A DNA stretch of 64,000 nucleotides. Origin: Hypanus sabinus. Its lineage: Eukaryota. Within the stretch, counting starts at the first letter, position 1. The number at the start of each line of letters is the position of its first letter. Of the stretch, positions 50,967 through 63,351 are shown piece by piece. The stretch covers positions 53,816,001-53,880,000 of the forward strand of contig NC_082708.1 of NCBI RefSeq assembly GCF_030144855.1, given 5' to 3'. The notes under the pieces were generated by a model. The model had not been told where the DNA came from. It saw only the letters and a list, made by a program, of their open reading frames with translations, and searched no databases. The position numbers and the translations under genes are program-made.

Positions 50967-51843
50967 CAGTGGCCCCCAACCACTGGGCCGTGTACCTGTA
51001 CCGGGCTGCAAAGCATGTGCTACCAGGCCGCAAGGAAACGATATGATTTGGCAATACGAAGCGATACGAGTCAGCTGCCCCTTTTCCTCATTCCCTGTCA
51101 CGTCCACTGTTGAATGCACGCAAGGTCATTACACACGCGAGGTCATTACCCACGCAAGGTCATCAGTCACCTAAATGTAGTGATACCCTTGCACCAGGGA
51201 TCACTGGTTGGCCTTGGGAAGTGCTGTTGCTACTGGCCTGGAGCGCGGACGGATGGGTGCCGCTCTAAACCTGCTTAGCACACCAAATGGGGTGCCCTGG
51301 TGGGGAACCTGGTGCTAAAATATTCACAGACGACCTAATTCGGGCTCAGGGTTTCGTAAGTAGCTGAGCAGCTACCTCACTGCGATCTACTTAAAGTCAT
51401 CCCTCGAACCAAACATTTGTCAGCCACTCTCTCTGGACTGCAACCACCATGGCCCCATAACGGGGACCTCCAGCCTTCTCCTTGTCCTCTCACTGGTGCA
51501 ATGATTTTATATGTTCATACGAGGAAAATATATGCTGTGTGTTTAATATCCAAACTTTACTTAAAATATTATGATGCTATTGGCTTATAAGTGAGTTATA
51601 ATTGACTTTTCACTATATTCATGTGAGGAAAATATGTGCTGTGTGTTGAATATTAAATTCATTGGATAAACCCTTTTAGAAACGAAATTGAGTGTATTAG
51701 CCATCTATAAGTGACTCATAGTTGACTTATCATCTATATTCCGGTCATGATTAATACCGCCTCTCCCCCCCCCCCCCCCCCGGTTAGCCGGTCTGTAAGA
51801 GTATTAAACCGGTCCGCAGTGCAGAAATGGTTGGTGACCCCTG
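50967..51843. mobile_element. Non-autonomous hAT (Charlie-like) transposon carrying a 28S rRNA fragment
   Basis: CAGTGGCCCCCAACC...GGTTGGTGACCCCTG termini; 8-bp TSD GAGTGGGG/GAGTAGGG. Confidence 0.85.
51170..51421 (+). pseudogene. 28S rRNA 3'-terminal fragment (non-functional copy)
   Basis: GGGGAACCTGGTGCTAAA...GACGACC...GGGTTTCGTAAGTAGCTGAGCAGCTACCTCACTGCGATCTACTTAAAGTCATCCCTCGAACCAAACATTTGTC follows the conserved metazoan 28S 3' end; clearest at 51299-51421. Confidence 0.88.
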
Positions 51844-52581
51844 GAGTAGGGGGCTCAGCACACAAGCCTTGTGGTGCACCTGTGCTGATGGAGATTGTGG
51901 AGAAAATATTGTTGCCAGTCTGCCAGTATTGTCTGCCAGTGAGGAAATTGAGGAACCAATTGCATAAAGAGATATTGAGGCTGAGGTTTTGAAACTTATT
52001 GATTAGTTTTGAGGGGATGATGGCATTGAGAGCATGATCATGATGTGCTGTATTTGCTTAATTATCTGTCCTGTAAAAGTCACAAAGCAAATCTAGACAA
52101 GCGCAATTGCAGCAGGAAGTAATTTACTTCGTGAACAGAAAATTTCCCAAAGTAAGCAGGAAATCAATGAGGGTTGTGTAAAAGCTGTGAAGTCATCAGA
52201 GCCACCGACCCCAGTCCAGCAACTCCAATCTTTTCCAGGTTTGTGTAACTATGATAGAGCATGGGTTGATTCATATACTGAAATTGCCCAACTACTCAAC
52301 GATCTGTTGAACAGCAGTAAGTGCTCAGATGACCCTGTAAGTCTCAATGAAGAGCGACTGAAAGTGTTTCAAACTTTAAAGGTGACATTATGTACTACAC
52401 CTGCATTAGGAATCCCTGGTACAAGTAAACCATTTATCCTGTAGGTCAATGAGAAACATATAATGGCAGTCTTAACGCAAGATCATGGAGACCAACAGTG
52501 TTCTGTTGGTTATCACTCTACCAACTCTGATTCAGTACATCAATAGCTCCTCAAAGACTGAGGGAGGAATTCAAATGGCTA

Positions 52582-52659
52582 ACACAAAGTACACTGCAGA
52601 TGCTGTGGTCAAATAAACACGTACAAATAAATTCATCCAGCTTGTTTGTACGTATTTAC
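52582..52659. mobile_element. 78-bp Penelope-type mini-hairpin insertion with 11-bp TSD
   Basis: TCAAATGGCTA at 52571-52581 and 52660-52670; ctgcagatgctg; ACGTACAAA/TTTGTACGT stem. Confidence 0.65.
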
Positions 52660-55264
52660 TCAAATGGCTAGATGAGCCATTGTTTCTGAAACTGAAGTGC
52701 TGATATCAGAAAGCATGGCTCCTGGTTTGGCTGTTCATCAGGCAGAACTGAAAGCTCTGATCAAAGGATATAAGGTGCCAGAAGGAAGATCAGCCAATAT
52801 CTACATTGATTCTCAATATGATTTTGGTGTTGTTCATGATTTAGGAAGGTTATGGAGAAAAAGAGGATCTCTTAGTATGACTAGTACAAAAACCAATGAA
52901 TGCAGTACAATTGCTGTCAGAAGTTGTTGTATTAAAATGTAAAAGTCACTCCAAAATGACTACAATGGAAAGCTGTGGAAATGTATTCATGGATGAAATT
53001 ATGAAAAGGACACCACAGGAAGGGGTAAAAGAGAAAAAAATAAAAGAAGTTAAGAAGTTCAAATAATTAAAATAAATACTGAGAACATATGCAGTGAACC
53101 TGACACATGAGGTTAGAGAAATAAAGTTGGACTCTGGACAAACGTACAAGATATTTGAGAGATGCAAGCTCAGTGCTCTAACCAGCTAAAGTAATTCTGG
53201 ATGGAGACAGGCAGATGGTTAAATAGCAATGGAGCATGGAGATATGGCACTTGTCATAGACTAATAGCTCCAACTACATTGCTTCCTTATCTGGCACAGC
53301 ATATGCACTCCCTAGGACACGGAGTGAAAAAGATGATGGACAGATTCTCCCAATGGTGATGGAATCCAAAGTTCAAGGCACAAGTTCAACAAACATTTGA
53401 AAGTTGCATGACATGTGAGAAAATGAATCCTGGAGCAATAGAAAAGCTACCACAATTAAAATTCTCCTACCCCACCTGGTTTATTTTTATACTTACATGA
53501 GAACTAGAATACTTTGCCGAAGTATCAAGGATACTCAGACGTGCTGGTAATAGTGGAAAAGTTTTGAAGATAGGTGGAAGCTATCCCAGTGAGGAAAACC
53601 ACTGTCACACTCAGCAAAAAGCCTGATCAGAGTCTGTATTCCTAAAGGAGGATTACCATGTCATATCAACTCTGACCAAGGATCACATTTCACTGGGAAT
53701 GTTCATCAGGAATTATGTCAACTGATAAACATGGAATAGTTCTTTCATTGTCCACATCACCCAGTCATAAGGACAAGTTGAACAACTGAATGGAATCATT
53801 AATCAACAATTGACTAAGTATCATGAGGAAGGCATTCCATGGCCTAAGGCTTTTTCTATGGTCTTATGTGGCATAACAGCAAACTCAAACAAGAAAACTA
53901 AATCAATTTGAGTTAGCAATCATTTGTCACTGCTGGGAGCTCTTGATCTCAGAGAGGTTGATATCCACAATATGGCAGACCGCTTAGCTAACTTTGTTAA
54001 CCCAAGCTGTGCAGTCTGTTGCTTGGAGTGATTCTACAGAAGGGGGACTCACCCTGATTCCTGGTGAGTGATTAAGAAACTGCATAAGGAGCCACTGGGA
54101 GCTCAATGGGAAGGTCCTTACCAAGTTCTGCTATTTATTATTTGGCAGTAAAAGAAAGTGGATCCACGCTAGCCATCGCAAGCAAGCTAAAGTGTAAAGT
54201 AGTACCCAGAAGGACGACAACCACCGAGGTTAATGTGCTAGTAACTTCTGATTCAGTGCCTATGCTGCTGGGCTACAGTTAGCAAATCATTAACCAGCCA
54301 GAACAATTCAAAGCAGAGTTCACAGTTATTGGACATCATGAAGGTTATTCTAATATTATTATTGTTATACTTTTGCCAATTTTCCCTTCTCACAATGTGT
54401 CAATTCAGATGACTCATAATGTATACTATTGAGTATCAGAAGAGTTTGCTGATGCTGTTAATGCTGTTGAGTATATCAATATATACCTCACACTTCAAAA
54501 TATTCACCATTGCTGGGCAATCAAGCAGATCCAAAACAAACATACACTGTCATTCTTAAGCAAAGTTCATTATCACAACCCAACAATGGTGGTATTGACA
54601 TTGTGCCCATGATTCATTATTCTCAACAAAGACATAAATATACAGTGATCATAACCCCCACATACCATCTTGAACAACATCATTCATGTAAACATAATCA
54701 GCATGATTTCGTGAATCATATCATATCTGACCCAACTCACGTCTTATTCTGTACATCTCCATTTAATGTTTTTGACAAATTTATTAAATCTTTTCATGTG
54801 TTCACTATAAAAGCTACCTTCAGAAGGTACTATTCCAGTGGGTTATAGTTTATGTAATTATATTTACATTGTCCAACAAGGGCAATGACTGGAATTTTTA
54901 TTGATGATATCATCAGCAAAATGTAACAGTTCAATGAGGTTCCTGTTGAGTAATAAAAATGGTCTAAGTTCATGGAACAATGCGTACTTTATGTGCAGAA
55001 AAGGGGCTTATACCTCTCTTCTATATAATTGGCTAGGATCTTGTAATTTGGGTTACGCCTTTCCCGTTGTAAGACATACATAGATATCCTGAGTCCAGAA
55101 GTAAATGAGATATTTCAGGAGCTTGTTTTGCATCAATTGTATTTCCTTTTTATAGTTTTGCAAGGAGCATAAGAAAAATTAAAAGTGTTGCTACAACTTT
55201 AGAAAAGGTAAGCAATAACACTGCTGATACCTTGGAAATAGTCACCCATGTGTAAGATCACAAA

Positions 55265-56935
55265 AGAAGAGAAAATGTGCAGATTCTGGAAATCTAAGCG
55301 ACACACACAAAATGCTGAAGGAACTGGAGAGAAAAAGATGAGAAGTCAGAGTAAGATGGTGGTGGGAGGGGAGGAAGAAACACAAGGTGATAGGTGAAAC
55401 TGGGAGGTAGGGGTGAAGTAGCAAACTGGAAAGTTGATTGGTGAAAGAGATAAAGGGCTGGAGAAGTGAGAATCTGATAGAAGAGGACAGAAGGCCACAG
55501 AAGAAAGGGAAGTGGGAGGAGCACCAGAGGGAGGATATGGGCAGATAAGGAGATAAGCTGAGAGAGGAAATGGGAATGGGGAATGGTGAAGGGGTGGGGG
55601 ACAATTACCATAAGTTCAAGAAATCAATGTTCATGCCATCAGGTCAGAGGCTACCCAGGTGGAATATAAGGTGTTGCTCCTCCAACCTGAGAGTGGCCTC
55701 ATCATGGCAGTAGAGGAAGCCATGAACTGACATGTCGGAATGGGAATGGGAAGTAGAATTAAAATGGGTAGATCTCCTGATCCCACTTTTTTCCGGCGAA
55801 CGGAGAGAAGGTGCTTGGTGAAGCAGTCTTCCAACCTGCGCCAGGTCTCACTGATATACAGGAGGTGACACGGGATTATCGGATGTGGTAGATGACCCCA
55901 AAAGACTCACAGGTGATGTCTGGAAGGACTACTGGGCCCTGAATGGTAGAGGAGAAGGTATTGGGGCAGGTGTAGCACTTGTTCTGCTTGCAGAAGTGCC
56001 GGGAGATGAATGGACAAGGGAGTTGCATAGGGAGCAATCCCTATGGTAGTAGAAAATGGGAGGGTGGGGAGTGAAAGATATGCTTGGTAGTGGAATCCCA
56101 TTGGAGATGGTGGTAGTTACAGAAAATTACGTGCTGGACGCATAGGCTAGTGGGGTGGAGGGTGGATGGGGTGAGAGCAGACTTGTTAGAAATGGAAGCA
56201 ATGTGGGTGAGGGCAGCATTGATGATAGAGGAAGGAAAGACCCTTTCTTTGAAGAAGGAGGACATCTCCACAATTCTGGAATAAAAAGCCTCATCATGAG
56301 AGCAGATGCATTGAAGATGGAGGAATTGAGAAAAGGGGATTGCATTTTTACAAGCAGCAGGTCGGGAAGACATATAGTCCAGGTAGCTGTGAGAATCATT
56401 GGTTTTATAAAAGGTATCAATAGATAAGATGTCTCCAGAGACAGAAAGATCAAGAAAGGGAAGGGAGGTGTTAGAAATGGACCAGGTAAATTTGAGGGCA
56501 GGGTGGAAGTTGGAGGCAAAGTTGCTGAAGTTGACAAGCTTCACGTGGGTGCAGGAAGCAGCGCCAATACAGTCATTGACATAGCTTAGGAAATGTTGGG
56601 TAGGCTTGCATCTTAGACTGTTCCACATAGCCGACAAAGAGGCAGGCATAGCTGGGATCCATGCAAGTGCCCATGATTACACCTTTTGTTTGAAGGAAGT
56701 GGGAAGAGCTGAAGGAGAAATTATTGAGAGTGACAATCAGTTCACTAGATGGAGGAGAGTGGTGGTGAAGGGCAATTGGTTGGGTCTGGTGTCCAGAAAG
56801 TAACAGAGAGCTTTGAGGCATTTCTGAGGGCAGATGGAGGTGTATAGCAATTGGGTATCCATAGTGAAAATAAGATGATCATGGCTAGGGAACTTGAAAT
56901 CATTGAAACGATCAAGAGCATGTAAAGTGTCACAG
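55265..56935 (-). mobile_element. Penelope-like retroelement (RT plus GIY-YIG), 5'-truncated, inside ERV env
   Basis: NNFSF...FLQTKGVIMGT...YACLFVG; YVNDC; LPFLDL; YKTNDSHSYLDY...IPFSQF. Confidence 0.9.
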
Positions 56936-58519
56936 TGTTACATGTGAGACTGAGCCATGGGGAATGATATTCTTTTGATGTCCACTTAAGTGCACTAACT
57001 TCGCTAATTCAAATGCTAATTTATTTCAGCTGCTAATTACATTTAGTATTGTTTGGTTATATCACTAATTAGAACAGTTATAATGATTTGAACACTAAGA
57101 TCGCTGCATCACTAATTTAGTTCTGTTAGTTCTTATCACTGTAAGATCGTACATCTTTGGCGGAAATGTTATGAAGGATCAAACATACTTTTTTGATTTG
57201 GAAATTCATTATTTGGAAGCATACCATACAAGTTGTTTAATCTGGCTTTGTCTCTCAGCGGTTTTGGGTTTTTTTTTCAAGTAATCACTAAATTTTGTCA
57301 ATAAAAAAAGATATACCAAACAAACACCACTCTATGGCAAGGGATTGCCTCAGACCTGTTGATGTAATTGGAATTGCAACATTGAGAACAATGCATCAGA
57401 AACAGGAGCTGCTTGGGGCAGAATTATCTGTGACCGTTTGTTGATTCATGCTGCATGTTTGTGGTTTGAACACAGGTTGAATGGTCAACAATATCCATCC
57501 ATTGGAGACTATTGCTTGATTGGGTAGTGTTTACCTAAGGATTCATCACTTTATTTTATTGAAATGCTGAAATATTCCTTTTGCCAATGTTTGAATTGGG
57601 TACTATTTGTTAGGTCTGGTTTATTTGTTGACTATGTTGACTATGTTTATTGAATTGAATATCGCTAGTGCTGCAGGTGAACAAACAGTTAATTACAAGT
57701 TGTGCGACAAGAGGAAGTAACATGAGTATATCAAAGCATGGAATAGATGCCAATGACTCTGCAGTTGGGGCTTGCAAAAGAGAAACTGATGCTAAAGCTA
57801 AAGCTAAGCGAATTGAAAGTCTTCAAAAAGAGTATGAAACCAATGTGAACAAAATTAAATGTTTACTATAATCAATTAATGATCTTATGAAAATTAAAGA
57901 AAATGTCATACAAGTGTAATCTTGTTTTGAGGATTTGACTAATCTCTGTGAAGCTGTTGCTAGGTAACTTTGCATGCTAATCTCATTTCTTCCCAAGGCC
58001 AAACAAGAAAAACAGAACTGATGTTATTCAAACAGTGATCACTATTGTAGTGTATTCATAGAGGATACAAAACAATGATTGACCCAAACATGTTATATTG
58101 AAGGTCATGTTGCTGCAACAAGTGAATATATGTCTCTCCTTCCATCAGACAATGTTTCTCAAATTCCAAGGCATGTTTTGACTATGCATAGAGCAAGTGA
58201 CTCAAGGGATGACATGACATCGAACAGGTTGTCTAATGTTAGTGATTGAAGTTCTGTTGCAAGAAAATAATTCTTCTGTATCTACTACCTTCTCTGTACT
58301 TATCAAAACAGAGGTTGATTTAGCTGCTTTTATCACACATGAATGATTATTGAAGGACAAATGTACACCGGAAGAGCAACGAATAGAAGGAACAGTTTAA
58401 GTTGGAGGATGAAATTCCCACACGTGTCCAAAATTAATGTGCCTAGGGCCAAGTGTGGTGTGCCCAAAATGCCCAGCAGGACAGTCCTATGATGTGAGTT
58501 CCTATATTGAAAAGGCACA

Positions 58520-58930
58520 TTCATGCCTTATCAGAATAGGTTGAGTGAACTTGGCCTTCTCTCCTTGAAGTGGCGGAGGATGAGAGGTGACCTGACAGAG
58601 GTGTATAAGATTGTGTAGATAGTCAGAGGCTTTTTCCCAGGGCTAAAATGGCTAGCACGAGAAGGCACAGTTTTAAGGTGCTTGGTACAGAGGAAATGTC
58701 AGGAGTAAGTTTCTTACACAGAGGGTGGTGAGTGCGTGGAATGGGCTGCCGGCGACAGTGGTGGAGGTGGATACGATAGGGTCTTTTAAGGGACTCCTGG
58801 ACAGGTATACAGAGCTTAGAAAAATAGAGGGCTATGGGTAACCCAATGTAATTTCTAAAGTAAGTATATGTTCAGCACAGCATTGTGGGCTGAAGGGCCT
58901 GTATTGTACTGTAGGTTTTCTATGTTTCTA
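58520..58930 (+). mobile_element. CR1 LINE 3' end
   Basis: RRMRGDLTEVYKI; tail ttttctatgtttcta. Confidence 0.85.
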
Positions 58931-59742
58931 AAGAGAAACAAAAACGCCAAATGTCAATACTGATTTACTCATTCCTTAAATGTCTGTTGAATATGAACAA
59001 GATACCCAAGAGTTAGTTCAGGATGTTTACCTTCAGCCTGGCCCTAATGAGGCACTCATATCCAACAGCTCAATGGGACATTAACTTACAGCATGGAAAC
59101 ACACTTGTTTTAGATTATAGGTGTCAAAATAGTACTATTGATATTATGAAGAAAACAATAAAATAACAGCTTTAATGGTACAGCAGCAATGCATTTCATC
59201 TTTGCCTAAAGGAAAGATTCACATCTTTGATGGTAATCCCTTCATGAGGATTTTTGAAAACAGTGTTGAAGGCAAAACTGACAGCTGCAGTGACTGCTTT
59301 TATTTCCCTAAATAGTACACTAGAGGTCAGCCTAGAGAACTTGGCAGAAGTTGTCAGCACATTGACCCTAAGAAAGGGTATCTAAAAGCCTAGGCTTTAC
59401 TATGGAAACATTTTGGCAGTAACAGAAAATTGCATCTGCCTACATGCAAAAGACTCTTTCTTGGGTACCTATCAAATCTGAAGATGTGAAAGCTCTTCAG
59501 GACTCCAGTTTCTTTTCATACGGGCTGTTGCAATGTCATGGAAGAAGTGCATGCCTGAGCTGGACATGCCCACTAATATGTTGATTGTCATCAAGAAATT
59601 GCCCTATATGCGTAGTGATAAATGGAGAACAGTGGTCTGTGAACTGCAAGAAAGGTACAACTATAAGACCACCTTTATTGACATTGTTGATTTTATAGAA
59701 AGGCAAATAAAGATTGATACACACCTGGTGTTTTGAGATATA

Positions 59743-60360
59743 CAGTATATGTCTATTTTTGAGCTACTGTCAGGTATTTGATCACTGGAAAATATCTTGT
59801 AATTTACATTCTTAAACAATGTCTTCCATTTTCTGTGTACCCATGTTCTGGGTGTCCATTTCTAATGGAACTATGATTTTTTTGGCCATTGGATCATCCA
59901 TCTGCCAATCTAATAAATATTCTCTAAAGTGTCCCAGCTCATTGAAGCATTGGTTTTGACTAAGAGACATCCTTTCAGAATTCCCACTACTTTGAGAAAT
60001 TGAATTGCAGAATTTGCTTTTGCAGAACTAGACTTTGCACGATTTTTATGCACTAAGTTAAAAAAAATGAAAACAGTACAAAATTGGCAAGTGGAACCGA
60101 AGTGCACTGTGAAGTGAATTAAACAGGCGATTCCTTGGGGACTTGAAACATGCAGCCTACCAGTCAGATGGAAATTCTTCACTGCCCTAGACAATTTAGA
60201 TCACTTTGTAGAGACAGATCTCCTTTCAATTTCAATTTAAGAGTTTTTTCTATTAGATCAGTGTCCAAAAAAACCCAAATTAAATCCACTGTGATTCAAT
60301 GTTGTAAAACAACAAAACATGAAAACTTCCAAGGGTGGTGTATACTTTTTCTGGGCACTG
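59743..60360 (-). mobile_element. Internally deleted Tc1-like element inside BEL gag
   Basis: CAGT...CACTG ends at a TA in BEL sequence gatata|caggatgct. Confidence 0.65.
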
Positions 60361-60960
60361 CACAGGATGCTACATCACCAGTAATAAGCAAAGGTGTAAA
60401 CAAAACTAGGTAACAATTTAATTCTAAGGCTAAAGGAAGCAGTTACACCACTGCTGTGGCCAGCATGAGAAGTAATGCTAAAACGGAACCTGGAACTATT
60501 GGAAGGGAGATGGTCTCGTCAGGCAAAAGGAGCTGCCTGTTCTGCGAGGGAGAACACCATGCCCTCAGCTGTAGAAAAGGGCTCAGTGAGAAGGTTGCCT
60601 TTCTAAAAGAAAATGGTGTCTGCTTTGGCTGTTTTTGTACAGGATATGTCAGGAAGGATTGCTTCAAGTGCCTTTCATGCAAGGTGTGCAGTGGCAAGCA
60701 TCCCATCATACCTCATATTCACTCTAATGACAAGGGTGCAGAATCAAAACAAGCTGTGAAAGAATCAGACAGAACAGTGAGTAATGTCCTGGTATCTAAT
60801 GACCTTACAGGGGCTGGTGGTCATGATCATAAACTTCTCACAATTCCAGTACAAGTGAAATGGTAACAAGACAATGGTTACTTATACTTTCCTAGATCAA
60901 GGAAGTACAGCAGTGCTGTGCACAGTGGGCCTTATGAACAAGCTCAACCTCACAGGAAAA

Positions 60961-63351
60961 ACCATTCACATATTATATGAGCACATTGAGGGCGTGGATA
61001 TTATTATTAACATGGATGATATTATTGTTTGGGGATCATCTAAACAAGAGCATGACGCCAGACTCAGACAAGTCTTTGAGGCAAACCTGAAATTGAATAA
61101 AGACAAATGTCAGCTAGGAGTGACTGAACTTACCTTTCTGGGTGATATCATCAGCAATGAGGGTGTGCGTCCTGATCCATTGAAGGTTTCTGCTATTGAG
61201 AACATGCTAAGACCGCAATGTAAAAAGGATGTTCAAAGGTTCATGGGAATGGTCAACTACATGGGAAAATTCATACCCTATCTTTCGGAACAGCTTGCTC
61301 CATTGAGGCAGCTAACAGAAAAGAAGAACAAATGGAGCTGGAATCGTGAATAGGAGAAGACATGGCAAAATCTCAAGTAAGTACTCACAAAAGAACCTGT
61401 GTTGAAATTCTGTGATGCTAGGAGACCCATCAAAATCTCATGTGATGCATCTCAAGCAGGCTTAGGGGCAGTATTACTCCAGAAACATGATAAGGAATGG
61501 CTACCGGTAGCATATGCATCTCATTCATTATCTGATCCAGAAACAAGGTATGGCCAAATTGAAGAAGAGTTGCTCAGCATTATGTTTGCTTGTGAGAGAT
61601 TTCATCAGCTTGTATCAGGGCAATCTATTGATGTTGAAACTGATTGTAAGCCTCAGATTGCATTGTTTCACAAACCTTTAAGTGACTGTCCTTGCGAATT
61701 CAGAGAATGATGATCAAATTACAGAGATATGCATTGAATGTGTCATACACACCTGGAAAATTCATGTACATGACACACTTTCCAGAGTTCTGGATCTAAC
61801 AACAAAAGGCAGTCACAGGGATGTTGTTGATGTTCATGCATTTGTTGATATGGTCATAGAAACTGTACCTGTTGCTCCTGAAAAGTTGGAACTGCCGCAT
61901 CTTGAGACAGAGAAGGACAAAATCAGGTAATACAAGTGGTGAGGGATGGATGGCCAGATAATAAGCATGACTGGACCTTATAAGTACAAGAATATTGGAA
62001 CCACAGATCAGAACTTTCTGTTGTAGATTGGATATTGTACAAAGGTAGCAGAATTGTGCTTCCAAAAAGTCTCCAAAAAGAAATGCTTGGGAAAATTCAT
62101 GAAGGCCACCTAGGTATTGAAAAGTGTAAGAGAAGGGCAAGGGAAGCGATGTTTTGGCCCAGGATGAATCAAGAAATTGCAGGATTGGTTTCTTCTTGTC
62201 AAATATTCCTTAAATACCAACCTAGCAACCCTAAGGAGCCACTTCACCCACATCCTAGTCCTCAGAGACCTGATCAAAAGGTCGGCGTTGATCTGTTTGT
62301 AACTGACAACAAAGATTATCTATTAATAACAGATTACTACTCCTTGTATCCTGAAGTGTGTGGTCTGAGCAGAACAACAGCACAGATGAAATCAGTTTTT
62401 TCCAGACATGGTGTACCTGATGAAGTTTTCAGACAATGGTCCACAATTCAATGGTGAATGCATGAGACATTTTGCTCAGGAATGGGGCTTTGTTCATACA
62501 ACATCTAGTCCATTTTTCCTTCAGTCCAATGGATTAGTTGAGAAGTTGGTAGGAATTATCAAGAAACTAATGCACAAACCAAAAGATAGTGGAGGTGATT
62601 TTTATAAAGCCTTGTTAGCCTATCACAGTACTCCACTTGAATGTGGATTTTCACCTGCTCAGCTCTTGATGGGACACTGTTTGAGATCTAATCTGCCAAT
62701 GGATGAGAGCCTTCTGAGAACAGAGGGAGGTGAACAAGTGAAAAGATGGAAAGATGAACACAAAGCAAAGCAGAAAATATACTTTGACCGACATTCTTGT
62801 CCATTATTGGAACTGCACCAAGGAGGTGAAGTAAGGATACAAGACAAAATGAACATATGGACACAGAAAGCTACAGTACTTGAAGAAGTACAACCCAGAT
62901 CATACATGGTCCAAACAGAAGAAAGAGCAGTGTCAAGAAGAATTCACAAATACCTCAAGAAAGAGCCAACTTCAGAGTTTCAGTTAACTGATGTAGACCA
63001 GACAAAACATGAAAATAACAACGAAACACAAGAACTGACTGAACCACTTAGAAAGTCTACTCATGTTCATAACCACCCCCCCCCCAGAGACTGATAGAGA
63101 CATGTTAAATTATGTATTTGCTCTGGCCAATGTTGCGAATTGTTTTTCTTTTTAAGGAAAGGAAGATGTGGTGATATGACATGTAAGAACATGATTGGAG
63201 AGAGTTCTGAGCATGTGCAGGAATGATAGAAAGATCTAGAACATGGCATTGTAAACACATTGTGGTTGTTGTTAAATTAAAATTCTATTTCTTCCAGAAG
63301 ATGTTTCTTTATTAGTAATGAATGGTACGTATGAATATAAAGAACACCACA
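60961..63351 (+). mobile_element. Gypsy (K02A2.6-like) retrotransposon 3' half: RT-RNase H-integrase, PPT, 3' LTR
   Basis: MDDIIVWG; CDASQAGLGAVLLQ; HEGHLGIEKC; SDNGPQF; PPT at 63154-63166; LTR 63167-63351 with TGTGGTG/CACCACA termini. Confidence 0.92.

Larger units (their letters stand above)
50015..52035 (-). mobile_element. Rex1/Babar LINE inside ERV pol, itself interrupted by a hAT element
   Basis: STGAPQGLCA; IFKFADE; [23 protein letters not shown]. Confidence 0.85.
48012..57160 (+). mobile_element. Decayed class-I (epsilon/gamma-like) endogenous retrovirus: 5' LTR, PBS, gag, pol, env; multiply interrupted
   Basis: LTR TGTT...TAACA at 48012-48411; PBS TGGCATTATTGGCAAGGAT (tRNA-Ser-like); RT QPFLAFEVDGQKYQWMRLPQVLHNSP; RNase H QAELKAL...NIYIDSQY; IN INSDQGSHFTG and WEGPYQVLL; env signal MKVILILLLLY at 54338 and CRKGAYTSLLYNWLGSCNLG. 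Confidence 0.85.
57170..60975 (+). mobile_element. BEL/Pao LTR retrotransposon, gag-protease part
   Basis: FDGNP...YTRGQPREL; IKKLPY...KWR; triple Zn knuckle CLFC...H/CFGC/CKVC...HP; protease TFLDQGST. Confidence 0.85.

Noticed and set aside
51170-51421. Functional rRNA gene
   Set aside because: Short, mutated fragment with no other rDNA nearby.
54338-55240. Co-opted intact env (syncytin-like) gene
   Set aside because: Stops, frameshifts and a Penelope insertion disrupt it.
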